41,314 nucleotides of DNA from Bacteroidota bacterium (GTDB taxonomy: Bacteria; Bacteroidota; Bacteroidia; Chitinophagales; Chitinophagaceae). The notes under the pieces are model-generated. The model searched no databases. It saw only the letters and a list, made by a program, of their open reading frames with translations, and was not told the origin of the DNA. The position numbers and the translations under genes are program-made. Every line of letters starts with the position of its first letter. Position 1 is the first letter of the stretch. The stretch is taken from the NCBI GenBank assembly GCA_043780315.1, contig JAYWCS010000009.1, positions 1-41,314 on the forward strand, in the 5' to 3' direction. This document shows positions 20,008 through 29,860 of the stretch, one piece after another.

Positions 20008-20646
20008 ATGGCAGATTTCCGTTTGGGGCGTTCGCAGGTAATTCCGCCTATAATTAAAAACCTGCTCATTTTAAATGTCATCATTTTTTTAATTCAGCTG
20101 ACGATGGAACGCAGTGGTTCTCCGATGATGGAGAACTATTTTGCCCTGCACGATATCAGATCTGTTTTATTTAAGCCGCATCAGCTGGTCACGTACATGT
20201 TTCTCCATGGAGGTTTCATGCATCTTTTCTGGAACATGCTGATCCTCTGGATGTTTGGAAGTATCCTCGAAAATTTTTGGGGTCCCAGGCGTTTCCTGAC
20301 TTTTTATGTCGTCTGCGGAATTGGTGCAGCCGCCCTGCAATTATTCGTACTTTATCTGAGTCCGGATTATTCCGATTCGGCGACCTTGGGCGCTTCCGGG
20401 GCCATTTTCGGATGTATGGTTGCCTTCGGGCTCCTGTTTCCTAACAGCCTGATCTATATCTATGCGCTGATTCCGGTGAAAGCAAAATGGGCCGTACTGG
20501 CCTATGTGGTATATGAGTTGTTTCTGGGGGTAAAAAATTCGGAAGGTGATAATGTGGCGCACTGGGCCCATCTGGGGGGTGGGCTGATTGGCCTGCTGCT
20601 GGTATTTTACTGGAGAAAAACAGATCATCACCGAAAAATATACTGA
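20008..20646 (+). CDS. Rhomboid family intramembrane serine protease (catalytically intact)
   Basis: TYMFLHGG..HL.WNM, LGASGA (catalytic Ser), AHWAHLGG (catalytic His). Confidence 0.95.
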   Translation: MADFRLGRSQVIPPIIKNLLILNVIIFLIQLTMERSGSPMMENYFALHDIRSVLFKPHQLVTYMFLHGGFMHLFWNMLILWMFGSILENFWGPRRFLTFYVVCGIGAAALQLFVLYLSPDYSDSATLGASGAIFGCMVAFGLLFPNSLIYIYALIPVKAKWAVLAYVVYELFLGVKNSEGDNVAHWAHLGGGLIGLLLVFYWRKTDHHRKIY

Positions 20647-20713
20647 ACCAGGACTCTTTCTGAATGTTAAATGAAACATATAGATAACCGGCGGACGGGA
20701 AAAGACTTTGGCT

Positions 20714-21640
20714 ATGAATGTAAAAGAAGACAGTTACCGAAAAAAAATGCTTCTGGGTCAGGACGGAAATGCACTTGTTCAACTCATCGTTCTCAATGCG
20801 GTGATTTTCGTGGTGCTTAAGTTTGTCTACCTGGTATTCCTGGCCAGCAACACCCGCATTGAAGCCTACTATACCCACGTATACAACTGGTTTATTTTAC
20901 CGGCAAGTGTCGAAAAGCTGGCCTGGCGTCCGTGGACCCTGATCAGTTTTATGTTTACCGATCAGATGTTGTTTCGCTTTGTTTCCAATATGTTTTGGTT
21001 ATGGAGTTTTGGATATATTTTGCAGGACCTCACCGGCAACAAAAAAATTATTGCTATTTATTTATACGGCGGAATTGGCGGCGCGGTACTGTATATTCTC
21101 GGTCACCTGATTTTCCCCCAGCTTCGTGCACAGATGGATACAGACACGCTCGGGGCAGCCAATTGCTCAATTGCAGCCCTTGCCGTAGCGGTTACGGTGG
21201 TTTCCCCCGATTACCGTATCTTCCCCCTGATCAGTGGCGGTATCCCGTTATGGATACTGAGTCTGATTTTTCTGTTGATCAATTTTTCTGGTATACCGAA
21301 CGGGGACTGGGCCACCTATCTAGCCTATACCGGCGCTGCAGGCATAGGATATTTATTTATTTTTCAAATGCGCCGCGGACGCGATGGCAGTGCCTGGCTG
21401 AATCAATTGTTCGACTGGACAAGAGATCTGTTTAACCCCGACAAAAAGAAAAAATCTTCAAATAAAAAAGATGAATTTTATTATAATGTAGCGGACACAC
21501 AGCCATATAAAAAAATTCCAAACATCACCCAGAAAAGAATTGATGAAATTCTGGACAAAATCAATCAACAGGGATATCGTTTTCTCACCAGTGAAGAAAA
21601 AGATATTCTGAAGCGGGCAGCCGAAGAAGAAGATTTTTAA
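20714..21640 (+). CDS. Rhomboid-fold membrane protein lacking catalytic Ser/His, with C-terminal DUF6576-like tail
   Basis: RPWTL.SFMF, NMFWL, YLYGG..G, P.Y; GAS reads AAN and AHLGG reads AYTGA; tail IDEILDKINQQGY..LT.EEK..L; alternative TTG start at 20708. Confidence 0.85.
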   Translation: MNVKEDSYRKKMLLGQDGNALVQLIVLNAVIFVVLKFVYLVFLASNTRIEAYYTHVYNWFILPASVEKLAWRPWTLISFMFTDQMLFRFVSNMFWLWSFGYILQDLTGNKKIIAIYLYGGIGGAVLYILGHLIFPQLRAQMDTDTLGAANCSIAALAVAVTVVSPDYRIFPLISGGIPLWILSLIFLLINFSGIPNGDWATYLAYTGAAGIGYLFIFQMRRGRDGSAWLNQLFDWTRDLFNPDKKKKSSNKKDEFYYNVADTQPYKKIPNITQKRIDEILDKINQQGYRFLTSEEKDILKRAAEEEDF

Positions 21641-21658
21641 TCCCCCATATTCTTCTAT

Positions 21659-22792
21659 ATGGCATCCCTGCGTATCATCACCAAACGTTTTTTCCTTTTC
21701 CTGAATATCGCGGTCAGTGTTATATTCCTGCTGAGTTGCTGTAACGCTTTTCTGCATCCGGATAAATGGTGGTTTGTTTCTTTACTGGCATTTATTTTTC
21801 CGCTGCTGCTGATTTTACAATTAATTTTTTTAGTCTTCTGGCTGTTCACCTGCGCGCGCTATGCCATTATTTCCGGGATCTGCCTGCTCATTGGCTGGCA
21901 GAATATTCATGCGTTTTTTGGATTCAGTCTGCATCAGAACGATTTCTCTCATAAACCGCCCAATAGCATCCGGATGATGACCTGGAACGTGCGACGCTGG
22001 GATGAATTCACTACAAAAAAAATAGGTGCTTCGGGCCATCGCATCCCCATGTTAGAACTCGTGGGTCAGCAACAGGCCGATGTGCTTTGCTTTCAGGAGT
22101 TTTATGAACCACAAGATTCCGACAAATCGAATATTCGCTATATCCGCGAAAAACTAGGTTTCCCATATTATTTTTTCTCGCGGGATTATCACAATCGCAC
22201 GATGAAATATGAAACCGGCGTCATCATATTTTCGAAATACCCGATTATAGCAACTTCTCAGCAACATTTTAATGAAGACTCTTTACTTCAAACCGAGAGT
22301 TTGATTTCAACAGATCTCGATATACGGGGAAACAGAATCCGCATTTTTACGACGCACCTGCAATCGGTACTCTTCAAATCCAAGGATTTCCGAAATGTAG
22401 AGATTCTGCGGAATGCAGAAGACAGTATGTTGCAGGCCTCCTGGTCGCTGGCCAAAAAACTTAAGTATGCGCTGGGGTTGCGGGGTTTTCAGGCAGACAC
22501 GGTAAGAAGGCATCTTGACGCCAGTGAATACCCTCCCGTTATCTGTGGCGATTTCAATGATGTGCCTAATTCGTATACCTATTTTCATATTCGTGGCAAC
22601 CGGCAGGATGCATTTATTGCCAAATGTTTCGGAATCGGCCGGAGTTATATTCATATTTCACCCAGCCTGCGCATTGATTATATTCTTCCTTCACCGGAAT
22701 TTGCCGTGCTCCAAAGCAAGAAACTGGAATCCCCGTTTTCAGATCATCACGCAATGCTCACCGACCTGCAGCTGCCCCAGGTAAAGCGATAA
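21659..22792 (+). CDS. Membrane-anchored endonuclease/exonuclease/phosphatase (EEP) family protein
   Basis: About three N-terminal TM segments; TWNV, CFQE, THLQS, CGDFND, RIDYI and SDH all intact. Confidence 0.92.
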   Translation: MASLRIITKRFFLFLNIAVSVIFLLSCCNAFLHPDKWWFVSLLAFIFPLLLILQLIFLVFWLFTCARYAIISGICLLIGWQNIHAFFGFSLHQNDFSHKPPNSIRMMTWNVRRWDEFTTKKIGASGHRIPMLELVGQQQADVLCFQEFYEPQDSDKSNIRYIREKLGFPYYFFSRDYHNRTMKYETGVIIFSKYPIIATSQQHFNEDSLLQTESLISTDLDIRGNRIRIFTTHLQSVLFKSKDFRNVEILRNAEDSMLQASWSLAKKLKYALGLRGFQADTVRRHLDASEYPPVICGDFNDVPNSYTYFHIRGNRQDAFIAKCFGIGRSYIHISPSLRIDYILPSPEFAVLQSKKLESPFSDHHAMLTDLQLPQVKR

Positions 22793-22797
22793 ATGTT

Positions 22798-22805
22798 TAT
22801 ATTTG
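22798..22805 (+). promoter_or_regulatory. Bacteroidota -7 promoter element TATATTTG for cysS
   Basis: Exact TAnnTTTG match 9 nt upstream of ATG 22815. Confidence 0.6.
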
Positions 22806-22814
22806 GGCGAAGGC

Positions 22815-24305
22815 ATGAGCAACTTAAAAGTTTATAATTCTTATACAAGACAGAAGGAAGAATTTATTTCCATTACGCCCCATCATGTGGGCATGTATGT
22901 ATGCGGACCGACGGTCAGCGGCGAAAGTCATCTGGGCCACGCCAGGGGTTTCATCACCTTTGATGTGATTTACCGCTATCTGCTTCACCTGGGGTACAAA
23001 GTGCGCTACGTGCGCAATATCACTGATGCCGGACATTTTGAAGAAGAGGGGCGGGAAGCAGAAGATAAGATTGCGAAAAAGGCCATGATCGAAAAACTGG
23101 AACCCATGGAGTTGGTACAGAAATATACCAATCTCTTCCACTGGGCGATGCAGCAATTTAATAATCTAGAACCCAGCATTGAGCCCACAGCCACGGGTCA
23201 TATCGTCGAGCAGATCAATATGATTCAGCAAATCATCGCCGCCGGATATGGATATGCCGTGAACGGTTCGGTGTATTTTGATGTAAAAAAATATGCGGAG
23301 AAATATCCTTACGGAAAACTCAGTGGCCGCAAGCTGGACGAGCTGCTGGAAACCACCCGCGACCTGGAAAGCCAGGAAGAGAAACGTAACCGGCAGGATT
23401 TTGCTCTTTGGAAATCTGCACCGCCCGGTCATATCATGCGTTGGAAGAGCCCTTGGGGAGAAGGGTTTCCCGGCTGGCATATCGAATGTTCGGCGATGAG
23501 TACAAAGTATCTCGGTCCCCAGTTTGACATACATGGCGGCGGGATGGACCTCATGTTTCCGCATCATGAAAGTGAAATCGCCCAGAGTATGATCTGCAAT
23601 CAGGAGATGGCAGCCCGTTATTGGATTCACAATAACATGATTACCATTAACGGGAAAAAAATGGGTAAGAGTTATAATAACGTGATTCGCTTGACAGATA
23701 TGTTTTCAGGCAATAGCCCGTTGCTGGCGCAGGCGTATCATCCGATGACGATCCGGTTTTTTATTCTGCAAACGCAATATCGCAGTACCCTGGATTTTGG
23801 AAACGAGGCATTACAGGCAGCAGAAAAAGGGCTGAAAAGACTTTGGGAAGCTTATCTGGAACTTAGCCGGATGGAAAATGATCCGTTAAAACAGCTGAAT
23901 GATACAATCGAATTACAATTTAATACGTTGTGCCAGGAGATGGATGATTTCATGAATGATGATTTCAATACGGCCAAAGTGCTGGCCAATATTTTCCAGC
24001 TGGTAAATCATATTAATTCATTCCGTAGCGGCGATCTCGAGAAGTCTACCCTGTCTGTAAAGACACTGGCCTATGCAAAGCAACATTTTAAGACTTATAT
24101 TGAAGACGTAATGGGACTTGGGGAAGAGAAGGGAACGGATTCTGACAAACTCAATGGTATCATGCATCTGCTGATCGATATCCGCCGGGAAGCCAAAGCG
24201 AAGAAAGATTATCAAACCTCCGACCGCATCCGCAAACAATTATTGGAAATCGGCATCCTGCTGAAAGATGAAAAAGATGGCCGCGTGAGTTTCAGCCTCG
24301 AATAA
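22815..24305 (+). CDS. cysS: Cysteine--tRNA ligase
   Basis: [48 protein letters not shown]; ATG 22815 preferred over TTG 22803, which lies inside the promoter. Confidence 0.97.
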   Translation: MSNLKVYNSYTRQKEEFISITPHHVGMYVCGPTVSGESHLGHARGFITFDVIYRYLLHLGYKVRYVRNITDAGHFEEEGREAEDKIAKKAMIEKLEPMELVQKYTNLFHWAMQQFNNLEPSIEPTATGHIVEQINMIQQIIAAGYGYAVNGSVYFDVKKYAEKYPYGKLSGRKLDELLETTRDLESQEEKRNRQDFALWKSAPPGHIMRWKSPWGEGFPGWHIECSAMSTKYLGPQFDIHGGGMDLMFPHHESEIAQSMICNQEMAARYWIHNNMITINGKKMGKSYNNVIRLTDMFSGNSPLLAQAYHPMTIRFFILQTQYRSTLDFGNEALQAAEKGLKRLWEAYLELSRMENDPLKQLNDTIELQFNTLCQEMDDFMNDDFNTAKVLANIFQLVNHINSFRSGDLEKSTLSVKTLAYAKQHFKTYIEDVMGLGEEKGTDSDKLNGIMHLLIDIRREAKAKKDYQTSDRIRKQLLEIGILLKDEKDGRVSFSLE

Positions 24306-24321
24306 CTAAAGCGATCTGGAG

Positions 24322-25275
24322 ATGAAAAAAATTTATGCAAAACCGGTTCTATATTTTTTAATTGTCAGTCTGGTCATTATCGGGGGGGCATGTAAAAAAA
24401 ACCAGTCGAGCGGCTTCAATCCAAGCACCACGACCCTGACTCATCTGCTCGCTAACGGGAGTAATACAACCATATTTAATTCAGCGGTAATAAAAGCAAA
24501 ACTGGATACGGTGTTCGGGAGTTCTTCCCTGTTTACACTGTTCGTACCGAACAATGATGCCTGTAACCAATCCGGTTTTTCACAATCGGTCATCAATGGA
24601 TTTAGTTACGACCAGGCACGGCAATGGGTACTGTATCAAACCTATGCGGGCGCGGCACTCACAGCCGAATCATTTATTGGTCATTCGGAGATGAAGCTCA
24701 TTATGGCGAATGGCGATTCAATCTTTGTAAGAGGCGATTCCAACCAGACTTTTGTCAATGGATTTCAACTGAATACCGCCGAAGCCGTCGCGAGTAATGG
24801 AGTGATGCTCGCACTACAAAACGTGTTCGTGATGCCAACACAAAATCTGATGCAAATGGTCGCCAGCGATACGACACTCAGTTTTTTTAATACCGCTATT
24901 CAACAGTCGACTGCCATTCCGGACTCGCTGAGCACCCGGCTATCGAACAATGCACCCTATACCGTACTGGCGCCGGACAATGATGCTTTTAGAAAGTTGG
25001 GATTTAATACCCCCGCCGATCTGGATTCAGTAAGTCCCGACAGTTTACGGTCGCTGGTTTTATTGCACTTGATTCCGCAGCGATTATTTAGTTATGATAT
25101 ATCGGATAGCAGTACGTTTCAAACCGTCTCGGACAGCACCCTGATGTTCAATTTCACCGGTCTGCTCACTACGGTACAGGTGCAGGGTAGTGTGTACACT
25201 TCTAATGTAATCTCCCTGAATTCAATGGCGATCAATGGAGTGTTATTTAAGATTGATGAAATACTGGATCGTTAG
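24322..25275 (+). CDS. Lipoprotein with two fasciclin (FAS1) domains
   Basis: Lipobox GGA-CKK; H1 motifs TLFVPNNDA and TVLAPDNDAF; H2-like NGVM..L..V and NGVLFKID.IL. Confidence 0.88.
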   Translation: MKKIYAKPVLYFLIVSLVIIGGACKKNQSSGFNPSTTTLTHLLANGSNTTIFNSAVIKAKLDTVFGSSSLFTLFVPNNDACNQSGFSQSVINGFSYDQARQWVLYQTYAGAALTAESFIGHSEMKLIMANGDSIFVRGDSNQTFVNGFQLNTAEAVASNGVMLALQNVFVMPTQNLMQMVASDTTLSFFNTAIQQSTAIPDSLSTRLSNNAPYTVLAPDNDAFRKLGFNTPADLDSVSPDSLRSLVLLHLIPQRLFSYDISDSSTFQTVSDSTLMFNFTGLLTTVQVQGSVYTSNVISLNSMAINGVLFKIDEILDR

Positions 25276-25466
25276 CGACTCATAATTGCTGTTGAAGAGT
25301 GGCAACCAGCGAAAAAATTATGCGTATTTATTCAGGAATGGGCTTTATGCGGACGGGTTAAATGTATCGTCTGCTTTAGCAGATTTTGATTTATCGGAAG
25401 TTCGTTCGAAGAAATAATTATATTGCGGATAGTCAGCAGATTCATTCATATATTAAATATTAAAAG

Positions 25467-25994
25467 ATGAAAAACATCAGATTAATCCTGATCGTGGCTT
25501 CCGTATTGACTTTGGGAATGATTAGTTGTAGTAAGAAAGGGGATACCGGACCGACAGGCGCTACCGGCCCCGTAGGACCTACCGGCCCGGACAGTGTAGT
25601 CTATTCCAATTGGATTAATTTGAGTTTTACCTATAATGCAACGGATTCGGCGTATGTTGATACGCTGGCCGCAAGTTCCTTAACGAAGGCTATTCTGGAC
25701 AGCGGAGTGATTCTGACATACATGAATTTCCCTGAAACTAACGGAACATTCCATGTGGTCCCGATGTCTGCTCTGGCTTCCGACGGTTTAATCGAAAACT
25801 ACTCGGTGGGTGCAATCAACATCAAATCTTTTGTTGGAGACTTAACGGGCTATCAGTACCGGTATGTAACGATTCCCGGCTCCAAGGTGGCGGGCAACAG
25901 TGCAAATAAATCATACAAAAGATATTCAGTAGCCGAATTGAAAGCGATGCCGTTTACACAGGTTCAGAAAATTGTTGCAGGAACTGGGAATTAA
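25467..25994 (+). CDS. Lipoprotein with a short collagen-like (Gly-X-Y) linker
   Basis: Lipobox MIS-CSKK followed by GDTGPTGATGPVGPTGP, then V.YS.W and YRYV.IP. Confidence 0.8.
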   Translation: MKNIRLILIVASVLTLGMISCSKKGDTGPTGATGPVGPTGPDSVVYSNWINLSFTYNATDSAYVDTLAASSLTKAILDSGVILTYMNFPETNGTFHVVPMSALASDGLIENYSVGAINIKSFVGDLTGYQYRYVTIPGSKVAGNSANKSYKRYSVAELKAMPFTQVQKIVAGTGN

Positions 25995-26018
25995 AAAAAC
26001 TTCCGGGACATTTATTTT

Positions 26019-27299
26019 CTAACGGTCGTATTTTTTAAGAAAATCAACAAGATCCGGATCTGTGTGTGTGGCCGTATCTGACAACGTTCTACCAAAAAAA
26101 TGTACTTCGTATTCATTTCGGTAGAGTCCGTTCGCCTGGGTTTTTGCAAATACTTTTTTATTAAAAGAAGTATAAGTTAAATATCCCAGCGATGCGATTC
26201 CGAGTAAAAGGTAAACAAGCAGGTAAATCGTCGTTACCAGCTTGACGAAGCGATTTTGTGCGAATGTCGTTTGACTAATAACTGCAGCGACCAACGGAAT
26301 AACAGGCACCCAGAAACGTGGATCCTGAAAGGGCCAGTTGAACATGAGGAGCAGGTAGAATAATAAATAAGCCTTCACAACGAAAGGAACATTATTCCTT
26401 CTGGTAAAACAGATGTATACAAACCAGCAGATGCCTAAAAGACCCGCAATGATAAATACCCAATCGCCCAGTGCTCCGGGCAGATAAGCCGTCACTTTCG
26501 ATTTAGAAATGTTCATCATCACCATGGCCCAGTCCGACAAATGCCAGCCAATCATTGTCGAAAAATGAACACCTTCTTTGAATTGCGTCGACATCACTCC
26601 GGTGTAGTGAACAAGGCCCAGCTGTTTGGAAAAAAATAACATGCCCACGATGCCAAGCAAAATCACTCCGGCAATGATTTTATTTTTCCTTAATAAAATC
26701 AGGAGTTGTTTTCTGTATTCCCATAGGAGGGCGACAAAAAGGGCGGCCACCAGGGTGATACCAACTGTTCTTGTTATAAACGCGAGTCCTGCGAAAATAA
26801 AAGCCATGAGCAGATGTAAAAACTTTTTAGTTTGAACAAACTGGTAAAACGCATAGATACCGGCCATGGAAAAAAACAAGTATTGGAGTTCAGATAAGGG
26901 GTGGGTGACAAACTTGATAATTGTCCAGTTCATCAACACCAGCAGAAATAAAAAGTAAGGTGAGCGAATATTAGCAAAAACTCGGCGTACACAATATAAT
27001 CCGCCAACGAGATAAAGACAATTGATAAAAACGATTGAAAAAGATTTTAGTATTCCCAGTTTGGACAGCAGCAACAGCAGGGCCGTGTAACCAAAAGGGA
27101 GATAGTCGTTACGATCTGCACCGTTGGGACAATGTCCTTCCAGACAATCCTTGATTGCAAAATATCGCAGCATATCATAATGAATCCGGATCGGTGTAAA
27201 GCAGTTTAAGAAAAAAAGAATTCCCAAAACATAAATACTCCATTTGATCAGACGGGACTGGCGTTCACCTGGTAATGGAAATGGGGTAGCGGCGATCAT
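26019..27299 (-). CDS. Polytopic membrane protein, probable GT-C (ArnT/PMT-like) glycosyltransferase
   Basis: About 10-11 TM segments; first loop D...Y (YDMLRY), P.GY, LSE..Y, TR..G, R.W.P..P; start reassigned to ATG 27299. Confidence 0.6.
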   Translation of the reverse strand: MIAATPFPLPGERQSRLIKWSIYVLGILFFLNCFTPIRIHYDMLRYFAIKDCLEGHCPNGADRNDYLPFGYTALLLLLSKLGILKSFSIVFINCLYLVGGLYCVRRVFANIRSPYFLFLLVLMNWTIIKFVTHPLSELQYLFFSMAGIYAFYQFVQTKKFLHLLMAFIFAGLAFITRTVGITLVAALFVALLWEYRKQLLILLRKNKIIAGVILLGIVGMLFFSKQLGLVHYTGVMSTQFKEGVHFSTMIGWHLSDWAMVMMNISKSKVTAYLPGALGDWVFIIAGLLGICWFVYICFTRRNNVPFVVKAYLLFYLLLMFNWPFQDPRFWVPVIPLVAAVISQTTFAQNRFVKLVTTIYLLVYLLLGIASLGYLTYTSFNKKVFAKTQANGLYRNEYEVHFFGRTLSDTATHTDPDLVDFLKKYDR

Positions 27300-27310
27300 G
27301 TGGCTTAATT

Positions 27311-28045
27311 TTAATTTTTTGTAGCGACAGCAATTACTGAGATCCCTGCAAACGGATTTATAAACCAATCAGCCAACTTAAAAACCGGCACCAGTTGATT
27401 ATATATTTTCAATTGGTATGGCGGGATCATCTTGTTTTTTAAGACGCTCCCCGAAAACCACCATCCGAAAATAGCAGCGCCATTAAAGTAGGTACGATGC
27501 GAAACTTTTAGTCCGGCGTTTTCCAACAAAAACGGCAAGCTGGTTTTGTTGTATCTCTTAAAATGCCCGAGCTCTTTGTCCAGCCTATTGTAGAGCCATT
27601 CTCCAGCCGGAACCAACACCACGAGCCTGCCATTCGCACGTAATAAAGACGCCGCATTTTTTATGGCCAGCCTTTCTGCTTCAATATGTTCTATTACATT
27701 CAGTGCAATCACGGTATCAAACTGGGCAATCAGGTTTGGAAAACGGGTCTCGAAATCAGTAATTGACACATCCAATTCGTAAACGTTTTGAAGGTGTGGA
27801 TGGGACCGGAATTTTTGTTCAAGAATGCTGCAGTATTCGGGACGAAGGTCGCTGAGTGAAACATTTTGCTGATCCTTCAACAGAAAGCTGGAAATATTTC
27901 CGATTCCGCTGCCAATTTCCAGAATGTTCCCACGTAGATAACTGCTTATTTTTTCATATAGCCAGCGATTGATGGCGGGTGCTTTCGAAAAAGTTTCAAG
28001 TGTTTCGAGACCGGTTGGATCCGATTGCAACCCATTCAAACTCAT
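27311..28045 (-). CDS. Class I SAM-dependent methyltransferase
   Basis: LEIGSGIG motif I, FDTVIALNVIEHI, L...GRLVVLVPA, D..LGH..RY; start overlaps the GT2 stop (ATGA). Confidence 0.9.
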   Translation of the reverse strand: MSLNGLQSDPTGLETLETFSKAPAINRWLYEKISSYLRGNILEIGSGIGNISSFLLKDQQNVSLSDLRPEYCSILEQKFRSHPHLQNVYELDVSITDFETRFPNLIAQFDTVIALNVIEHIEAERLAIKNAASLLRANGRLVVLVPAGEWLYNRLDKELGHFKRYNKTSLPFLLENAGLKVSHRTYFNGAAIFGWWFSGSVLKNKMIPPYQLKIYNQLVPVFKLADWFINPFAGISVIAVATKN

Positions 28046-28764
28046 CGAAATAAATTATATTTTACTATGCAGTAGATCGCACGGAAACCGTCGCGCCACC
28101 CGATTTTTTTGCCTTCCAGGTAGGTTCTGCCGTAATAGGAAATACCCACTTCATAAATACGGATATCCTTTATACGAGCCAGTTTAGCCGTTATTTCCGG
28201 TTCAAAACCAAAACGTTTTTCCTTGAGATCAATGTTCTGAATGAGTTTTGTTTTACATAATTTATAGCAGGTTTCCATATCGGAGAGATTGAGGTTGGTG
28301 AGCATATTGCTCAGCATCGTCAAAATTTTATTCCCAATAGAATGCCAGTAGAAAAGTATCCGGTGCGGGTTACCGCCCATAAACCGGGACCCAAAAACGA
28401 CGTCCGCCGAACCGCGGATCACGGGTTTGAGTAATTCATTAAATTCTTCGGGATCGTATTCGAGATCCGCATCCTGAATAACCAAGTATTCTCCAGTCGC
28501 TTTTGTAATTCCGGTATGAATGGCTGCACCTTTTCCCTGATTCACTTCATGCTTATAATACTGCATATTCATTTCAGGATGGGCAGCACGGTAACTTAGT
28601 AAAACTTCTTCTGTGGTATCAGTGGAACAATCATTCACCAGAATGACTTCTTTCTGTATGTTGTGAATGAGTGTAACGGCATAAACCCGGTCAAGGATCA
28701 GGTGAATCGTTCTTGCTTCGTTGTAAGCTGGAATAATAATAGAAAGCGTCTTAAATGGGTCCAT
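28042..28764 (-). CDS. GT2 glycosyltransferase, polyprenol-phosphate glycosyltransferase (DPM1-like)
   Basis: IIIPAYNE, VNDCSTD, NQGKGAA, QDADLEY (DxD), VFGSRF, DMETCYK, FGFEPE. Confidence 0.92.
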   Translation of the reverse strand: MDPFKTLSIIIPAYNEARTIHLILDRVYAVTLIHNIQKEVILVNDCSTDTTEEVLLSYRAAHPEMNMQYYKHEVNQGKGAAIHTGITKATGEYLVIQDADLEYDPEEFNELLKPVIRGSADVVFGSRFMGGNPHRILFYWHSIGNKILTMLSNMLTNLNLSDMETCYKLCKTKLIQNIDLKEKRFGFEPEITAKLARIKDIRIYEVGISYYGRTYLEGKKIGWRDGFRAIYCIVKYNLFR

Positions 28765-28980
28765 ATCTCAAGGGTTTTGATGAATCAATCCAGAAATTGG
28801 ATTTTAAGATGCTGTTCCGGACTTTCGCGACAGGTTATCGCTAGCTCCATAATATTCAACGATTTGAGTAGCTAAAATAGTCTATCCTGCCTGATTGTGC
28901 AAGTAGCGGCCAAATAAAACTTGCTTACTTAAAAGGAAATCCTATCTTTACGATTAATGTTTAAACTTTAAAACTATATT

Positions 28981-29604
28981 TTGAAAAAAAAATTATTCAC
29001 TTTCGTCTGTCTTGCTACTGCTTTGACAGCATTTTCACCTGCCGGCCGCACCAAAACAGTGGTTGCACTTGCCTCCAATGAAACAAGCTCCTGGACAACT
29101 GATAAGGCGCATACCAACGCAAAGTTTTCTGTCTCTCATCTCGTTATTTCAGATGTAGAAGGAAATTTCAAAACCATTGATGGTACCATGATTGCTTCCA
29201 AAGCAGATTACTCCGACGCAAAAATTAATTTTACCGTAGATGTTGCTTCGGTTAGTACCGACAATGATATGCGGGACAACCACTTAAAGAGTGATGATTT
29301 TTTCAGCGTGGCTAAATATCCTCAGATAAAATTCACCAGCTCGTCATTTACTCCACTGGACGGCAATAAGTATAAACTCGTTGGAGATCTTACGATCCGC
29401 AATATCACTAAGTCTGTGACTTTCGAGGTGAAATATGGTGGAACCGTTACTGCGATGGGTGGTACACACGCGGGTTTTAAAGCAACAACCAAATTGAACC
29501 GTTTTGATTATAACCTTACATGGGATAAAACAACTCCGGATGGCGGATATGTTGTTGGAAAAGAAGTTGAAATTACTATCAATGTGGATTTCAAAAAATC
29601 ATAA
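28981..29604 (+). CDS. YceI family periplasmic lipid/polyisoprenoid-binding protein (TTG start)
   Basis: Signal peptide; W..D.AH, F.V.HL.IS.V.G.F, RDNHLKS.DFF....YP.I.F.S, G.LTIR. Confidence 0.93.
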   Translation: MKKKLFTFVCLATALTAFSPAGRTKTVVALASNETSSWTTDKAHTNAKFSVSHLVISDVEGNFKTIDGTMIASKADYSDAKINFTVDVASVSTDNDMRDNHLKSDDFFSVAKYPQIKFTSSSFTPLDGNKYKLVGDLTIRNITKSVTFEVKYGGTVTAMGGTHAGFKATTKLNRFDYNLTWDKTTPDGGYVVGKEVEITINVDFKKS

Positions 29605-29704
29605 CTGATTTCTAATCTGGCTGAATAATGAGACCCTGAATAATTTTTGACTGACTTTTAGCGTCAATTACATAATATTCATTAAGTTTTTTAAAAGCCT
29701 GCAG

Positions 29705-29756
29705 AATAAAGGTCTGTTTATTGGAAAAAATCCGATGAACGGATCTTTATTTTTTT
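29705..29756 (+). terminator. Long hairpin plus U-tract downstream of yceI
   Basis: aataaaggtctgtttattgga-loop-tccgatgaacggatctttatt: 21 pairs including 4 G-U, then a T-run. Confidence 0.75.
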
Positions 29757-29860
29757 ATTCTTACGTTCAATATTTTAGCAGATTCCTCGAATTCTATTTT
29801 GATGACTTTCTAAATATGCAATAAACTATTAATTTCATCGCTCGATCAAAAATTTGATCA

